From an uncultured Actinomycetes bacterium (lineage in GTDB: Bacteria > Chloroflexota > Dormibacteria > Aeolococcales > Aeolococcaceae), in assembly GCA_964499205.1 (NCBI GenBank), contig CAZCJX010000001.1, positions 52,969-116,968 on the forward strand: a stretch of 64,000 nt of DNA, read 5' to 3'. A model generated the notes under the pieces. The model searched no databases and was not told where the DNA came from. It worked only from the letters and a program-made list of their open reading frames with translations. Of the stretch, positions 16,647 to 26,586 are shown piece after piece. Position 1 is the stretch's first letter. Every line of letters starts with the position of its first letter. The position numbers and the translations under genes are program-made.

Positions 16647-18287
16647 TCAAGCCACCGGCAGCTCGACCCACGAAGCGCGATCGCCACCGTGGAAGACGCT
16701 CTGCCGCGCGCCGCGCAGCACGCTGGCCTCGGCCGGGTCGCCGCCGCTGGACGGGTTGCGGTCGAGCCGGGGAAAGTTGGACGACGACACCTCGACGCGC
16801 AGCCGGTGGCCGGGCGCGACGGTGATCGCCGTCGAGCCGAGGTTGACGTCGACGGCGCACGGTTCGCCGGGACGCAGCGCGGTGCGCCGCACCGAGTCGA
16901 CGACGTTGAAGGCGCGCCCGTCGGGATGCACGTCGCACAGCTTGACGGTGACGTCCGCCGACGGTGCGGACGATGCGAAGCACACCTGCGCGCGCACCGC
17001 GCCGATGACGGTGAGTGGGCGCTCCAGCGGCTCCGACGTGTAGACGAGCACGTCGTACCGCTCTTCGACTGGCCGCTGGTCGGACGGTCCGGGTGGCGGC
17101 AGGTTGGGAGCGCAGCCGCGTCCGCCGCGTGTCGGCACGGGGTTGCGCGGGTCGTAGCGGAAACGGTCGACGTGTGCCTGCGCGGGATTGCTCCAGCTCA
17201 GCACGCCGTCGCCGCGCAGGCTGTTGGCGCCGCCGGCTGAATCGAGGTAGAGGCGCAGCGGCCTGGCGGGCGGCGGCCAGCTGGGCAGCTCGCGCCAGGC
17301 GTTGTCGCCCATCACGAAGACACGCGTGCCGCCCTCGACGTCCTCACCCGCGGCGGCGCGGCGCGACCAGTCCAGCATCTCCATGTGCACGTCGAAGCCG
17401 AGTGCCCTCGGCCCGAGGTCCAGCTCGGCGTGGCTGCGCATGAAGAGATTGAAGTGGCTCCACGGACCCACGACGAGTCGCTGCGCGCGGCGCGCTTGCT
17501 CGGTGGCGGCGCGCTGCCGCAGCCCGACCGCGTTGGCCAGCGTGCCCTCGCAGAAGATGTCGTACCAGCCGCCGACGTGGAAACCGGGCACCGCGATGCG
17601 CTGGTGCTGCGACTCGACGTCGACGGGAGCCCAGTGCTCGCCGTCGTCGGGCCGCAGCCACCCGGGGAAGGCGTCGTAGAGGCGGCGCAGCGGGCGCGCC
17701 GTCAGCGGCAGCGACCACAGCCGCTCGGGCTCGTCGACCAGCTTCTGCAGGGAGCGCCGCGACGCGGCACTGCGCCGCGGGTCACTGGCGACGAAGCCGC
17801 CGGCCCACACGTGCAGGAAGCCCGCCTGCATGGCGCCGCCCTCGTAGCACCAGCCGTCGGTGTAGCGGCTGGCGGTGAGCACCGGGGTGACGGCGCGCAG
17901 CGCCGGTGGTGCGGCGATGGCGGCGAGCATCTGGGTGGCGCCGACGTAGGAGCCGCCCCAGGTGACCACGTTGCCGTCGCACCACCGCTGCTCGGCGCAC
18001 CACTGCACCGAGTCGGCGCCGTCGCTCACCTCCTGGTGGAAGGGTGTGAAGCAACCCTCGCTGTCGAAGCGGCCGCGCACGTCCTGGATCACCACCGCCC
18101 ACTCGCCGCGCGCCATGGTGACCACGTCGGTGCTCATGCGCGCGTTGGCGCGCGAGTAGGGCGTGCGCAGCAGGAGAGCCGGGCGGCGCCTGGAGTCGTC
18201 CGGCCGGATGACGTCGGCAGCGAGTCGCACGCCGTCGCGCATGGTCATGCGCACGTCGTCGACCAGCAGCCGTGCGGTACGGCTCAC
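16647..18287 (-). CDS. CocE/NonD family (S15 X-Pro dipeptidyl-peptidase-like) serine hydrolase
   Basis: MRDGVRLAADVIRP...LLLRTPY...IQDVRGRFDSEG...GGSYVG, typical of CocE/NonD. GTGA overlap with the upstream GH3 stop (18284-18287). Confidence 0.85.
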   Translation of the reverse strand: MSRTARLLVDDVRMTMRDGVRLAADVIRPDDSRRRPALLLRTPYSRANARMSTDVVTMARGEWAVVIQDVRGRFDSEGCFTPFHQEVSDGADSVQWCAEQRWCDGNVVTWGGSYVGATQMLAAIAAPPALRAVTPVLTASRYTDGWCYEGGAMQAGFLHVWAGGFVASDPRRSAASRRSLQKLVDEPERLWSLPLTARPLRRLYDAFPGWLRPDDGEHWAPVDVESQHQRIAVPGFHVGGWYDIFCEGTLANAVGLRQRAATEQARRAQRLVVGPWSHFNLFMRSHAELDLGPRALGFDVHMEMLDWSRRAAAGEDVEGGTRVFVMGDNAWRELPSWPPPARPLRLYLDSAGGANSLRGDGVLSWSNPAQAHVDRFRYDPRNPVPTRGGRGCAPNLPPPGPSDQRPVEERYDVLVYTSEPLERPLTVIGAVRAQVCFASSAPSADVTVKLCDVHPDGRAFNVVDSVRRTALRPGEPCAVDVNLGSTAITVAPGHRLRVEVSSSNFPRLDRNPSSGGDPAEASVLRGARQSVFHGGDRASWVELPVA

Positions 18288-20548
18288 CTCGGCCGGTCCT
18301 GCGCGTGCGTGCTCGTTGTGCTCAGCGCTCGCCGTCCCTGGACCACCCGCGCCTCACCAGTGATGGTGAACTCGCCGCGGAGATGGATGCTCTCCGCCGA
18401 GGAGCCCACCATCACCTCGATGAGCCCGGGTTCCACCACCCAGCCGACGCCTGGGTCGAACAGCGCGGTCCGCTCGGCGTGGAGCTGGAAGGTGACCCGG
18501 CACGACTCGCCGGCGTCCAGCGCGATGCGCCGGAAGCCCTTCAGCTCGCGACGCGGCCGGACGGTCGTCGCCACCGGGTCGTGGACGTAGAGCTGCACGA
18601 CGTCCTCACCGTGGCGGTCTCCGGTGTTGGTGATGGTGCAGGATATGGCCACAACCTCGGTGCTGGCGATCTCGGGTTGGTCGAGGGCCAGGTCGCTGTA
18701 GGCGAAGGTCGTGTAGCCGAGGCCGTGGCCGAAGGGGAAGTGCGGCCTGACGTCGGCGTCGTAGTAGGTGGGCGCATGCGCCGCCGTGTACGGCATCGGC
18801 ACCACCCCCGGCGTCGACGGCACGGTGATCGGCAGCCGCCCGCCCGGCTCGCGCGTGCCGAAGAGGATCTCGGCCAGCGCGGGCCCGCCCTCCTCTCCGG
18901 GGAACCAGGCGGCCAGCACGGCGGGAACCTCGGCCGCCCAGTCCATCTCCAGCGCCCGTCCCGCCAGCAGGACGACCACCGTCGGCGTCCCGGTGCGCAG
19001 CACGGCTTCGACGAGCTCGCGCTGCACGCCCGGCAGGCGGCAGTGGGCGCTGTCGACTCCTTCTCCGACGGTGGCCGCCGTGAACAGGCCCGCCTGGTCC
19101 CCGACCACCAGCACGGCGACCGACGACTCGCGAGCCAGCGTCGCCGCCTCGGCGATGCCGCTGCGGTCGAGATCGGCGACCGGGCAGCCGCGCGCGTGGC
19201 GGATCTCGACGCCGGCCGGCGCGGCGGCGCGGAGGGCCTCCAGCACCGTAGGGACCTCCACGGTCGCGGAGACGTCGCCGACTGCATCGGGGCTGACCCG
19301 GCGCAGGCCGTCGCGGGCCGAGGGATCGAGTGCGTCGACGAAGACGTCGACGGCGCGGGCCATCACGGGGTAGGAGTAGTTGCCCATCAGCGCGGCCTTG
19401 CGGTCGGCGTTGGGCCCGATCACGGCGATCGAGCGCAGGCCGCCGGTGGCCAAGGGGAGCAGCGGGCGTTCGCCCACCGGCTGGTTGCGCAGCAGGACGA
19501 TGGAGCGGGCGGCGGCCTCCCGCGCCAGGGCGCGATCCTCCGGCAGCTCCAGCGGCTCCACGCTGTCGGCAGGCGCGGCCCGATCGAAGAGGCCGAGCCG
19601 GAACTTCTCGGCCAGCACCCTGCCGGCGGCTCGATCGATGTCCTCCATGGAGACATGGCCGGCGTCGAGAGCTTTGGTCAACCCTGTCAGAAAGCAGACA
19701 CCGGCGAGGTCGACGTCGAGGCCGGCGCGCAGCGCCAGCTCGGCGGAGTGCTGCGGTCCCGACGAGACGCCGTGCCGGGAGTGGAGCTGGTCGACGCCAC
19801 CCAGGTCGGAGACGAGCACGCCGGGCAGCTCGAGCTCGCCGCGCAGCAGGTCGGTGAGCAGCGCGCGCGAAGCCTGCACGGGCACCTGGTCGATGCTGTT
19901 GTAGCTGGCCATGGCGCCCCGCGCACCGGCGGCGATGGCCATCTCGAAGGGGACGGTGTGGACCTCGCGCAGCTCGCGCTCGCCGAGGTGGACCTCCTGG
20001 CAGTTGCGTCCGCCTTCGCTGAGGGCATAGCCGACGAAGTGCTTCAGGGTGACCGCCACGCCGCCGTCGCCCTGCACCGCCGCTGCGTAGGCGGCGGCCA
20101 ACTCGCCGGCGAGGTAGGCATCCTCGCCGAAGGTCTCCTCCATGCGACCCCAGCGCGGGTCGCGGGCGAGGTCGCAGAGCGGGCCCCAGGCGTTGTGGAT
20201 GCCGACGGCGAGCATCTGGCGGTGGACGACCTCGCCGACGCGGCGGAGCAGGTCGGGGTCCCAGGTGGCGCCCATGCCGATGGCATCGGGGAACACGGTG
20301 GCGCCGTCGACCTCCAGGCCGCACACCGCCTCTTCGCAGAAGAGGATGGGAATGTCCAGTCGGGCGCGCCGGCGAAAGCGCTCGCGCAACTCGGCGAGCG
20401 CAGCGCGCGCCTGCGGGGGAGGAAGCTTCGAGGCGCGCACCCAGTGGGTGATCGCTCCCGGCACCAGGCCCTCCGGCATGCCGTCGATGGCCTGCTGCTC
20501 CTGGCCGAAGAGGCAGACCATCTGGGCCACCTTCTCCTCGACGGTCAT
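18284..20548 (-). CDS. GH3 beta-glycosidase (beta-glucosidase/beta-xylosidase type)
   Basis: MTVEEKVAQM N-terminus, KHFVGY, and VLVSDLGGV (SD nucleophile region). The C-terminal region looks typical of GH3 by eye, but no motif was checked there. Confidence 0.9.
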   Translation of the reverse strand: MTVEEKVAQMVCLFGQEQQAIDGMPEGLVPGAITHWVRASKLPPPQARAALAELRERFRRRARLDIPILFCEEAVCGLEVDGATVFPDAIGMGATWDPDLLRRVGEVVHRQMLAVGIHNAWGPLCDLARDPRWGRMEETFGEDAYLAGELAAAYAAAVQGDGGVAVTLKHFVGYALSEGGRNCQEVHLGERELREVHTVPFEMAIAAGARGAMASYNSIDQVPVQASRALLTDLLRGELELPGVLVSDLGGVDQLHSRHGVSSGPQHSAELALRAGLDVDLAGVCFLTGLTKALDAGHVSMEDIDRAAGRVLAEKFRLGLFDRAAPADSVEPLELPEDRALAREAAARSIVLLRNQPVGERPLLPLATGGLRSIAVIGPNADRKAALMGNYSYPVMARAVDVFVDALDPSARDGLRRVSPDAVGDVSATVEVPTVLEALRAAAPAGVEIRHARGCPVADLDRSGIAEAATLARESSVAVLVVGDQAGLFTAATVGEGVDSAHCRLPGVQRELVEAVLRTGTPTVVVLLAGRALEMDWAAEVPAVLAAWFPGEEGGPALAEILFGTREPGGRLPITVPSTPGVVPMPYTAAHAPTYYDADVRPHFPFGHGLGYTTFAYSDLALDQPEIASTEVVAISCTITNTGDRHGEDVVQLYVHDPVATTVRPRRELKGFRRIALDAGESCRVTFQLHAERTALFDPGVGWVVEPGLIEVMVGSSAESIHLRGEFTITGEARVVQGRRALSTTSTHAQDRPR

Positions 20549-20666
20549 CCGGCTGAGCAGCTCGGCGGCGCGCTCCTCCGGGGTCGATCGGTGGTTGGCC
20601 GATGCGGGCGTGGTCGGACTCGACGCGGAGATTGAGAACCCTCCCAGGGGGCACGGTTGTGGTTAG

Positions 20667-20680
20667 TTCAACCGGTTGCA
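20667..20680. promoter_or_regulatory. LacI-type operator TTCAACCGGTTGCA
   Basis: 14-bp near-palindrome directly abutting the TAATAT -10 (20681-20686) of the + operon and the TATATT/TATTAT of the divergent GH3 promoter. Confidence 0.55.
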
Positions 20681-20686
20681 TAATAT
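20681..20686 (+). promoter_or_regulatory. -10 hexamer TAATAT, 6 nt before GTG 20693 (leaderless-type)
   Basis: TAATAT-accccg-GTG, no SD. Confidence 0.55.
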
Positions 20687-20692
20687 ACCCCG

Positions 20693-21550
20693 GTGATCGA
20701 CGGCACGAGCACCATCGTTCGCTTTCTGTCAGACGACGAGGTCGGCGTCGGCGTGCTCGCCGGCGGTCGCATCCAGCGCCTGGAGATCGCCAGCATCGGA
20801 GCGCTGTTGCGTCTCTCCCTGGATGAGGCCCGGCACCTTGTCGCTGCGCCCCCGGGCGACTCGCTGGACGCCGGCCACTGCCGGCTGCTCGCCCCGGTCG
20901 ACGAGCAGGAAGTGTGGGCGGCCGGGGTGACCTACCTGCGCAGCCGCGATGCCCGGCTCGAGGAGTCGGGTGGTGCCGACGCGTACTCGCGCGTGTACCA
21001 GGCCGACCGTCCGGAGCTGTTCTTCAAGAGCCCGGGCTGGCGGGTGGTCGGACCCGACGAGGCGATCGGCATCCGCAGGGACTCCACCTGGAGCCTTCCC
21101 GAGCCCGAGCTTGCCGTGGTCGTCAACAGCCGGCAGGAGATCGTCGGCTACACCGTCGGCAATGACGTCAGCTCGCGGTCCATCGAGGGCGAGAACGCCC
21201 TCTACCTGCCCCAGGCAAAGGTGTACGAGAGGTCGTGTGCCCTCGGTCCCGGCATCGTGCCGGCCTGGGATATCCCCGATCCCATCGAGGCGGCGATCGA
21301 GCTCGAGGTCGTGCGCGGGAGCAGCGTGGTCACCCGCGCGTCGTCGACGCTGGGCAACATGAAGCGCTCGATTCCGGAGCTGCTCGATTGGCTGCACCGT
21401 GCCATCGCGTTTCCGCACGGTGTCGTCCTGCTCACCGGCACCGGCGCGGTGCCGCCGTCGGACTTCACGCTCCAGGCCGATGACCGGGTGGTGATCGAGA
21501 TCACCGGAGTCGGCCGGCTCTGCAACCCGGTGGTGGAGGTGGGACGGTGA
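20693..21550 (+). CDS. FAH-family 2-keto-3-deoxy-pentonate dehydratase-like protein (XylX/KdaD-like)
   Basis: FAH-fold sequence with WAAGVTY...ELFFK...PEPELAVVV...[14 protein letters not shown] start sits 6 nt after TAATAT. GTGA overlap with the next gene. Confidence 0.75.
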   Translation: MIDGTSTIVRFLSDDEVGVGVLAGGRIQRLEIASIGALLRLSLDEARHLVAAPPGDSLDAGHCRLLAPVDEQEVWAAGVTYLRSRDARLEESGGADAYSRVYQADRPELFFKSPGWRVVGPDEAIGIRRDSTWSLPEPELAVVVNSRQEIVGYTVGNDVSSRSIEGENALYLPQAKVYERSCALGPGIVPAWDIPDPIEAAIELEVVRGSSVVTRASSTLGNMKRSIPELLDWLHRAIAFPHGVVLLTGTGAVPPSDFTLQADDRVVIEITGVGRLCNPVVEVGR

Positions 21551-23010
21551 TCGCATCGCCGCCCCGGGTGGCGTCCTACGTCGCCGGTGAGTGGCTGCGC
21601 GACGGCGAGGCGGCGTCTGACATCAACCCCGCGCGGCCCACGGAGACGGTTGCGCAGGTGACCATGGCAGGAGCGGACGCCGCCGGCCAGGCTGTCGCCG
21701 CAGCCCGCCATGCCTTCGCCGCATGGCGCGACACGCCCGCCCCGGCGCGCGGCGAGATCCTGCACCGCGCTGCCGAGCTGATCCTGCAGCGGCTGGAGCC
21801 CGTGGCCCGGGAGCTGACCAGCGAGGAGGGCAAGACGCTGGCGGAGGCCACCGGCGAGCTGCGCCGGGCGGCGGGCGTCCTCCGCTACTACGCGGCGCAG
21901 ACCCTGGAACCGGACGGCGAGACGTATCCGTCAGCATCGGCACGAACGTTTCTCTACGCGCGGCGCGAGCCGATCGGCACGGTGCTGGCCATCACCCCGT
22001 GGAACTTCCCCGCCGCCATCCCGGCGTGGAAGATCGCGCCCGCCCTGGCCTACGGCAACACGGTGGTCTGGAAGCCCGCTGACCTGGTCCCGCTCACCTC
22101 GCTGCGACTCCTGGAGGCGTTCGTCGACGCGGGGCTTCCGCCCGGCGTGCTGAACCTGGTGATCGGCAGGGGTTCGGTGGTCGGCGATGCCCTGGTCGAG
22201 CATCCCGATGTGTCGGCGATCAGCTTCACCGGGTCGAACCAGGTGGGGTCGTCGATCCGGCTCAGGGCGGCGGCGCGCGGCACCAAGCTGCAGCTCGAGA
22301 TGGGCGGCAAGAATCCCGCGGTGGTGCTGGCCGATGCCGACCTCGACCTGGCCGCCGAGCACGTGGCGCGCGGCAGCTTCCTCTCCGCGGGGCAGAAGTG
22401 CACGGCGACCAGCCGGGTCATCGTCGATGAACGCGTCGTCGAGTCCTTCACCGAGCGGCTGTGCCGGCTCACCGCGACATGGAAGCTGGGCGACCCGATG
22501 GAGCCGGACACGCGCATCGGCCCGGTGGTGTCGCAGCCGGCGCTCGACTCCGTCCTCGGATACATCCGCACCGGGTCGGCCGAGGGCCGGATTGTGCTCG
22601 GCGGTGAGCGGGCGGCGTCGCTCGGCGACGGCTACTTCGTCGAGCCGACGGTGATCACCGGCCTGAGCGAGACGTCGCCGGTGGTCAACGAGGAGATCTT
22701 CGGTCCGGTCGCCGCGGTGCTGCCCGCCCGCGACGCCGCCGATGCGCTGCGCCTGGCCAACCAGACGACGTACGGCCTGTCGGCCAGCGTCTTCACCCGC
22801 GACCTGGGACGCGCGCTGCAGTTCGCCTCCGGTCTCGATGTGGGTGTGGTCAAGATCAACCAGGAGAGCGCCGGACTGGAGCTGCACGTTCCCTTTGGCG
22901 GCAACAAGCAATCGTCCTCGGGTTCGCGGGAGCAGGGAAAGGTGGCCCGGGACTTCTTCACGCAGTGGAAGACGGTGTACGTCGACGCGGAGGCAGAGCC
23001 CACGACATGA
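21547..23010 (+). CDS. NAD(P)-dependent aldehyde dehydrogenase (2,5-dioxovalerate / alpha-ketoglutarate semialdehyde dehydrogenase candidate)
   Basis: ALDH motifs LEMGGKNP (Glu) and GQKCTATSR (Cys). The specific function is inferred from operon context. Confidence 0.85.
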   Translation: MIASPPRVASYVAGEWLRDGEAASDINPARPTETVAQVTMAGADAAGQAVAAARHAFAAWRDTPAPARGEILHRAAELILQRLEPVARELTSEEGKTLAEATGELRRAAGVLRYYAAQTLEPDGETYPSASARTFLYARREPIGTVLAITPWNFPAAIPAWKIAPALAYGNTVVWKPADLVPLTSLRLLEAFVDAGLPPGVLNLVIGRGSVVGDALVEHPDVSAISFTGSNQVGSSIRLRAAARGTKLQLEMGGKNPAVVLADADLDLAAEHVARGSFLSAGQKCTATSRVIVDERVVESFTERLCRLTATWKLGDPMEPDTRIGPVVSQPALDSVLGYIRTGSAEGRIVLGGERAASLGDGYFVEPTVITGLSETSPVVNEEIFGPVAAVLPARDAADALRLANQTTYGLSASVFTRDLGRALQFASGLDVGVVKINQESAGLELHVPFGGNKQSSSGSREQGKVARDFFTQWKTVYVDAEAEPTT

Positions 23011-23900
23011 TGACCACGCTGAAGCCTGAGCTGGTGATCGACGTCGGTGCCCACGATGGTGAGGGACCGTTCTGGCTCGCGCACGAGCAGCGGCTCGGCT
23101 GGGTCGACATCGGCGCGGGTGCGTTGCACATCACCGATGTCGCACGAGGCACCGACGATGTCATCGCGGTCGGCTCGCCACTCGGCGCCGCCGCCCCTCG
23201 CCGCGGTGGCGGGTACGTGCTCGCTGTCGAGGACGGGTTTGCCCTCATCGACCCCGGGTCGCGTGAGGCTCGTCTGGTTGCCCCCGTCGACTCCGACGGC
23301 GGTCGCGTGCGCATGAATGACGGCAAGTGCGATGCGCAGGGTCGCTTCTGGGCGGGCACCATGGCCTACGACCACCGGCAGCGCCTCGGCGCTTTCTACA
23401 GGCTCGACCCCGATCTGACCGTCACCAAGATCTTCGACGGGTTGGGCATCTCCAACGGCCTCGACTGGTCGCCGGACGGACGGACCTTCTACTACATCGA
23501 CAGCCTCGACCATCGCGTCGACGTCTTCGACGCCGATCCCGCAACCGGCAGCCTGGCCAACCGGCGCACCGCCGTCGAGGTGCCCGACGATCCCTCGACG
23601 GAGCCGGGCATGGCGGTGCCCGACGGGATGACCCTGGACGCGGAGGGCCACCTGTGGGTGGCGGTGTGGGGTGGGGGAGAGGTTCGCCGCTACAGTCCCA
23701 GCGGCGCGCTCGAGGTCGTGGTGGAGATGCCGGTGGTCTGCCCCAGCGCGTGCACGTTCGGCGGAGCCGATCTCGGCGACCTGTACATCACCACCATGGT
23801 CCCCTCCGATGTCGGCCGCGGCCCGCTGCCCGGTGAGGGCGCCGTGTACCGGGTGCGCCCGGGAGTGCGCGGATTGCCGGTGCGCGCCTTTGCCGGCTGA
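23007..23900 (+). CDS. SMP-30/gluconolactonase/LRE-family sugar lactonase
   Basis: ATG 23007 overlaps the ALDH stop (ATGA). EGPFW, NDGKCD, SNGLDWSPDG and PDGMTLD beta-propeller motifs. Confidence 0.85.
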   Translation: MMTTLKPELVIDVGAHDGEGPFWLAHEQRLGWVDIGAGALHITDVARGTDDVIAVGSPLGAAAPRRGGGYVLAVEDGFALIDPGSREARLVAPVDSDGGRVRMNDGKCDAQGRFWAGTMAYDHRQRLGAFYRLDPDLTVTKIFDGLGISNGLDWSPDGRTFYYIDSLDHRVDVFDADPATGSLANRRTAVEVPDDPSTEPGMAVPDGMTLDAEGHLWVAVWGGGEVRRYSPSGALEVVVEMPVVCPSACTFGGADLGDLYITTMVPSDVGRGPLPGEGAVYRVRPGVRGLPVRAFAG

Positions 23901-24549
23901 GCCGTCGCTGCTCGACTCGCTGGTGCGGGGATTGCGCACCGCGTTGCTGTCGGACGTTCTCGACCAACTCGGCCATCGCCAGCACAGCCTCCCGCCGTCC
24001 ATCACCGCGCTCGAGCCCGGCACCGTCCTCGCCGGCTACGCCATGCCGATCCTGGTCGAGGAGGTCGACGACATTCCGGCCGAACCGTACCGTGGCGAGG
24101 TCGCCGCAATGGATGATCTCCGCGACGGAGATGTCGCCGTCCTCGCCGCAGCGGCGACGACGCATGCCGCGCTGTGGGGAGAGCTCTTCTCCACAGCGGC
24201 GCGCGCGAGAGGCGCGCGCGGCGCGATCGTCGACGGCCTGGTCCGCGACACCCGGCTGATTCGCGGCATGCACTTCCCTGTCTTCGCGCGCGGCGCGCTG
24301 CCGCTCGACTGCAACGGCCGCACCGCATACGTGGCGCACCGCCAACCGGTGCAGATCGCCGGGGTGTCCGTCGCCGGCGGCGACCTGGTCTTCGCCGACG
24401 AGGACGGCATCGTCGTCGTCCCGCAACCGCTCGTCGACGAGACGGTGCAGCGTGCCTTCGAGAAGGCGACGACGGAGAACACGGTGCGCGAGGCGCTGCT
24501 CGGCGGGATGACGCTGCGCGAAGCCTGGGATCGCTACCGCGTGCTGTAA
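23890..24549 (+). CDS. RraA-like / HMG-CHA-aldolase-fold protein (putative class II pyruvate aldolase)
   Basis: LRTALLSDVLD..., WGELFSTAARARGARGAIVDGLVRD typical of the RraA/demethylmenaquinone-methyltransferase-like family. Start is TTG 23890 (overlaps the lactonase stop) or GTG 23923. Confidence 0.75.
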   Translation: MPAEPSLLDSLVRGLRTALLSDVLDQLGHRQHSLPPSITALEPGTVLAGYAMPILVEEVDDIPAEPYRGEVAAMDDLRDGDVAVLAAAATTHAALWGELFSTAARARGARGAIVDGLVRDTRLIRGMHFPVFARGALPLDCNGRTAYVAHRQPVQIAGVSVAGGDLVFADEDGIVVVPQPLVDETVQRAFEKATTENTVREALLGGMTLREAWDRYRVL

Positions 24550-24561
24550 CAGAGGGACATC

Positions 24562-25818
24562 GTGCGCATCACCGGACTCAGCACCTGCGTCATCGAAGCC
24601 AACTTCGATTGGACGCTGATCCGCGTCGACACCGACGAGGGAGTCAGTGGCCTGGGCGAGGCCTTCTTCGCGCCCGGTCTCACCGCCATGGTGCGCGAGT
24701 TCGGCACCATCCTGTGCGGCGACAACCCGCTCGACATCGATCGCCTCTACCAGCGCATGCGCTGGGCCGCCTCCGCCGGGTCGGTCGGCGGCATCGTCTA
24801 CAACGCCATCAGCGGCATCGAGGCGGCGCTCTGGGATCTCAAGGGACGTGCCCTCGGCGTGCCCATCTGGCAGCTGCTCGGCGGGCGCTTCCGCGACCGC
24901 GTGCGCATCTACGCCGACTGCCACGGCGGCAACGCGCTGGAGAGCCTGGGACCGTTGCTGCAGCGGCGACGTCCGGCGTGGCTGGCCGACGGCGCCGGCG
25001 CGGCCGAGGCGGAGGTGACCGGTGGCTACTTCGACGCGCCCGCGGGTGACGCTGTCGACTACATGCCGGCGGCCTACGCCCAGGCGGCGCGCCGCGCGCT
25101 CGACATGGGTTTCACCGCGCTCAAGTTCGACCTCGACGTCCCCGTCGCCGGGACGGTGGCGCCCGACGCCTTCGCCCGCAACCTCAGCCCGCGGCAACTG
25201 GACCACCTGGTCAGTCTGGTCGAGGCCACCTGCGAGGCGGTCGGCGGCGACGCCGAGGTGGCCTTCGACTGCCACTGGCGCTTCACCGTGCAGGACGCGG
25301 TGCGCCTGGCCCGGCGCATCGAGGGCTGCCCGGTGGCCTGGCTGGAGGACCCCACCCCGCCGGAGAACCCGGCCACCCTGGCCCGGGTCACCGCCTCGAC
25401 CTCGACGCCCATCGGTTGCGGCGAGAACTGGTTCGCACGCGAAGGCTTCCGCGAGGCGCTGGCGCTCGGCGCCATCGACATCGCCCTGCCCGACCTGCAG
25501 AAGTGCGGCGGCCTCGGTGAGGGCAAGCGCATCGCCGAGCTGGCCGACATGCACGACATCCCGGTGTCGCCACACAACATCAGCGGCCCCATCGGCACCA
25601 TGGCGTCGGCGCATCTCTGCGCCGCGATTCCCAACTTCCGCTCACTGGAGTGGCACGCCATGAGCGTGCCGTTCTTCGACGAGCTGCTGGACGGCGCGGG
25701 CGCTTCGCTCATCCAGGACGGCTACATCGTGCTGCCGGAGAAACCAGGTCTCGGCGTCGAGCTCGACCTCGACGCGGCGCGGCGCTGGGCCAAGCTCGGT
25801 GAGCCGTTCTTCGAGTAA
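24562..25818 (+). CDS. enolase-superfamily (mandelate racemase/muconate lactonizing enzyme family) sugar-acid dehydratase
   Basis: GTG start after AGAGGGA. VDTDEGVSGLGEA...ISGIEAALWDLKGRALGVPIWQLLGG. MR/MLE C-terminal domain with WLEDP. Confidence 0.85.
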   Translation: MRITGLSTCVIEANFDWTLIRVDTDEGVSGLGEAFFAPGLTAMVREFGTILCGDNPLDIDRLYQRMRWAASAGSVGGIVYNAISGIEAALWDLKGRALGVPIWQLLGGRFRDRVRIYADCHGGNALESLGPLLQRRRPAWLADGAGAAEAEVTGGYFDAPAGDAVDYMPAAYAQAARRALDMGFTALKFDLDVPVAGTVAPDAFARNLSPRQLDHLVSLVEATCEAVGGDAEVAFDCHWRFTVQDAVRLARRIEGCPVAWLEDPTPPENPATLARVTASTSTPIGCGENWFAREGFREALALGAIDIALPDLQKCGGLGEGKRIAELADMHDIPVSPHNISGPIGTMASAHLCAAIPNFRSLEWHAMSVPFFDELLDGAGASLIQDGYIVLPEKPGLGVELDLDAARRWAKLGEPFFE

Positions 25819-25839
25819 CAGGTCAGCGCCGGCGCCGGG

Positions 25840-26586
25840 TCAGCTGGCCAGGATGCCCCCGTCGATGACCAGCTCGCTGCCGGTGACGAAGGCGGCGTCG
25901 TCGGAGGCGAGGTAGCAGATCGCCGCGGCCACCTCGTCCGGGCGTCCCAGCCGGCCCAGCGGCTGGCGCGCCACCAGGTCGCGGCGCGCCTGCTCTGGGT
26001 CGGTCGCCGCGGCGAGAAGGCGCCCCACCCACGGCGAGTCCACCGTGCCGGGGCACACGCAGTTGCAGCGGATGCCGCGGGTCGCGTACTGCACGGCCAC
26101 CTGCCTGGTCAGCGCCACCACGGCGCCCTTCGACGCGCAGTAGGCGGCGCGGTCGCGCAGTCCGATCAGCCCGGCCACCGACGCGGTGTTGACGATGACG
26201 CCGCCGGACTCCTGGTCCAGCATCTGCGCCACCGCATGCTTGCAGCCGAGGAAGACGCCACGCGCGTTGACGGCGAAGACGCGGTCCCACTCCTCGACGC
26301 TGCAGGAGACGACGTCGGCGGTGGAGCCGATACCGGCGTTGTTGCACATGATGTCGAGCCGGCCGGCCAGGCGGACCGCGGTGGCCACCAGCATGCGGAC
26401 GTCGTCCTCGCGCGACACGTCGGCCTGCACCGCCTCGCATCCCGCGGGGATGCCGGCCACCTCGCGGTCGGCGGCGACCACCAGCGCGCCCTCGTCGAGC
26501 ATGGTGCGGGCGACCGCCTGCCCGATGCCCGAGGCGGCGCCGGTGACCACCGCCGTCCTGCCGGCGAAGCGCCCCCGCTCAGCCAC
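25840..26586 (-). CDS. short-chain dehydrogenase/reductase (sugar 1-dehydrogenase or 2-keto-3-deoxy-acid 4-dehydrogenase candidate)
   Basis: TGAASGIG Rossmann motif and YCASKGAV (YxxxK). The GTG start overlaps the upstream dehydratase stop by 8 nt. Confidence 0.85.
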   Translation of the reverse strand: MAERGRFAGRTAVVTGAASGIGQAVARTMLDEGALVVAADREVAGIPAGCEAVQADVSREDDVRMLVATAVRLAGRLDIMCNNAGIGSTADVVSCSVEEWDRVFAVNARGVFLGCKHAVAQMLDQESGGVIVNTASVAGLIGLRDRAAYCASKGAVVALTRQVAVQYATRGIRCNCVCPGTVDSPWVGRLLAAATDPEQARRDLVARQPLGRLGRPDEVAAAICYLASDDAAFVTGSELVIDGGILAS

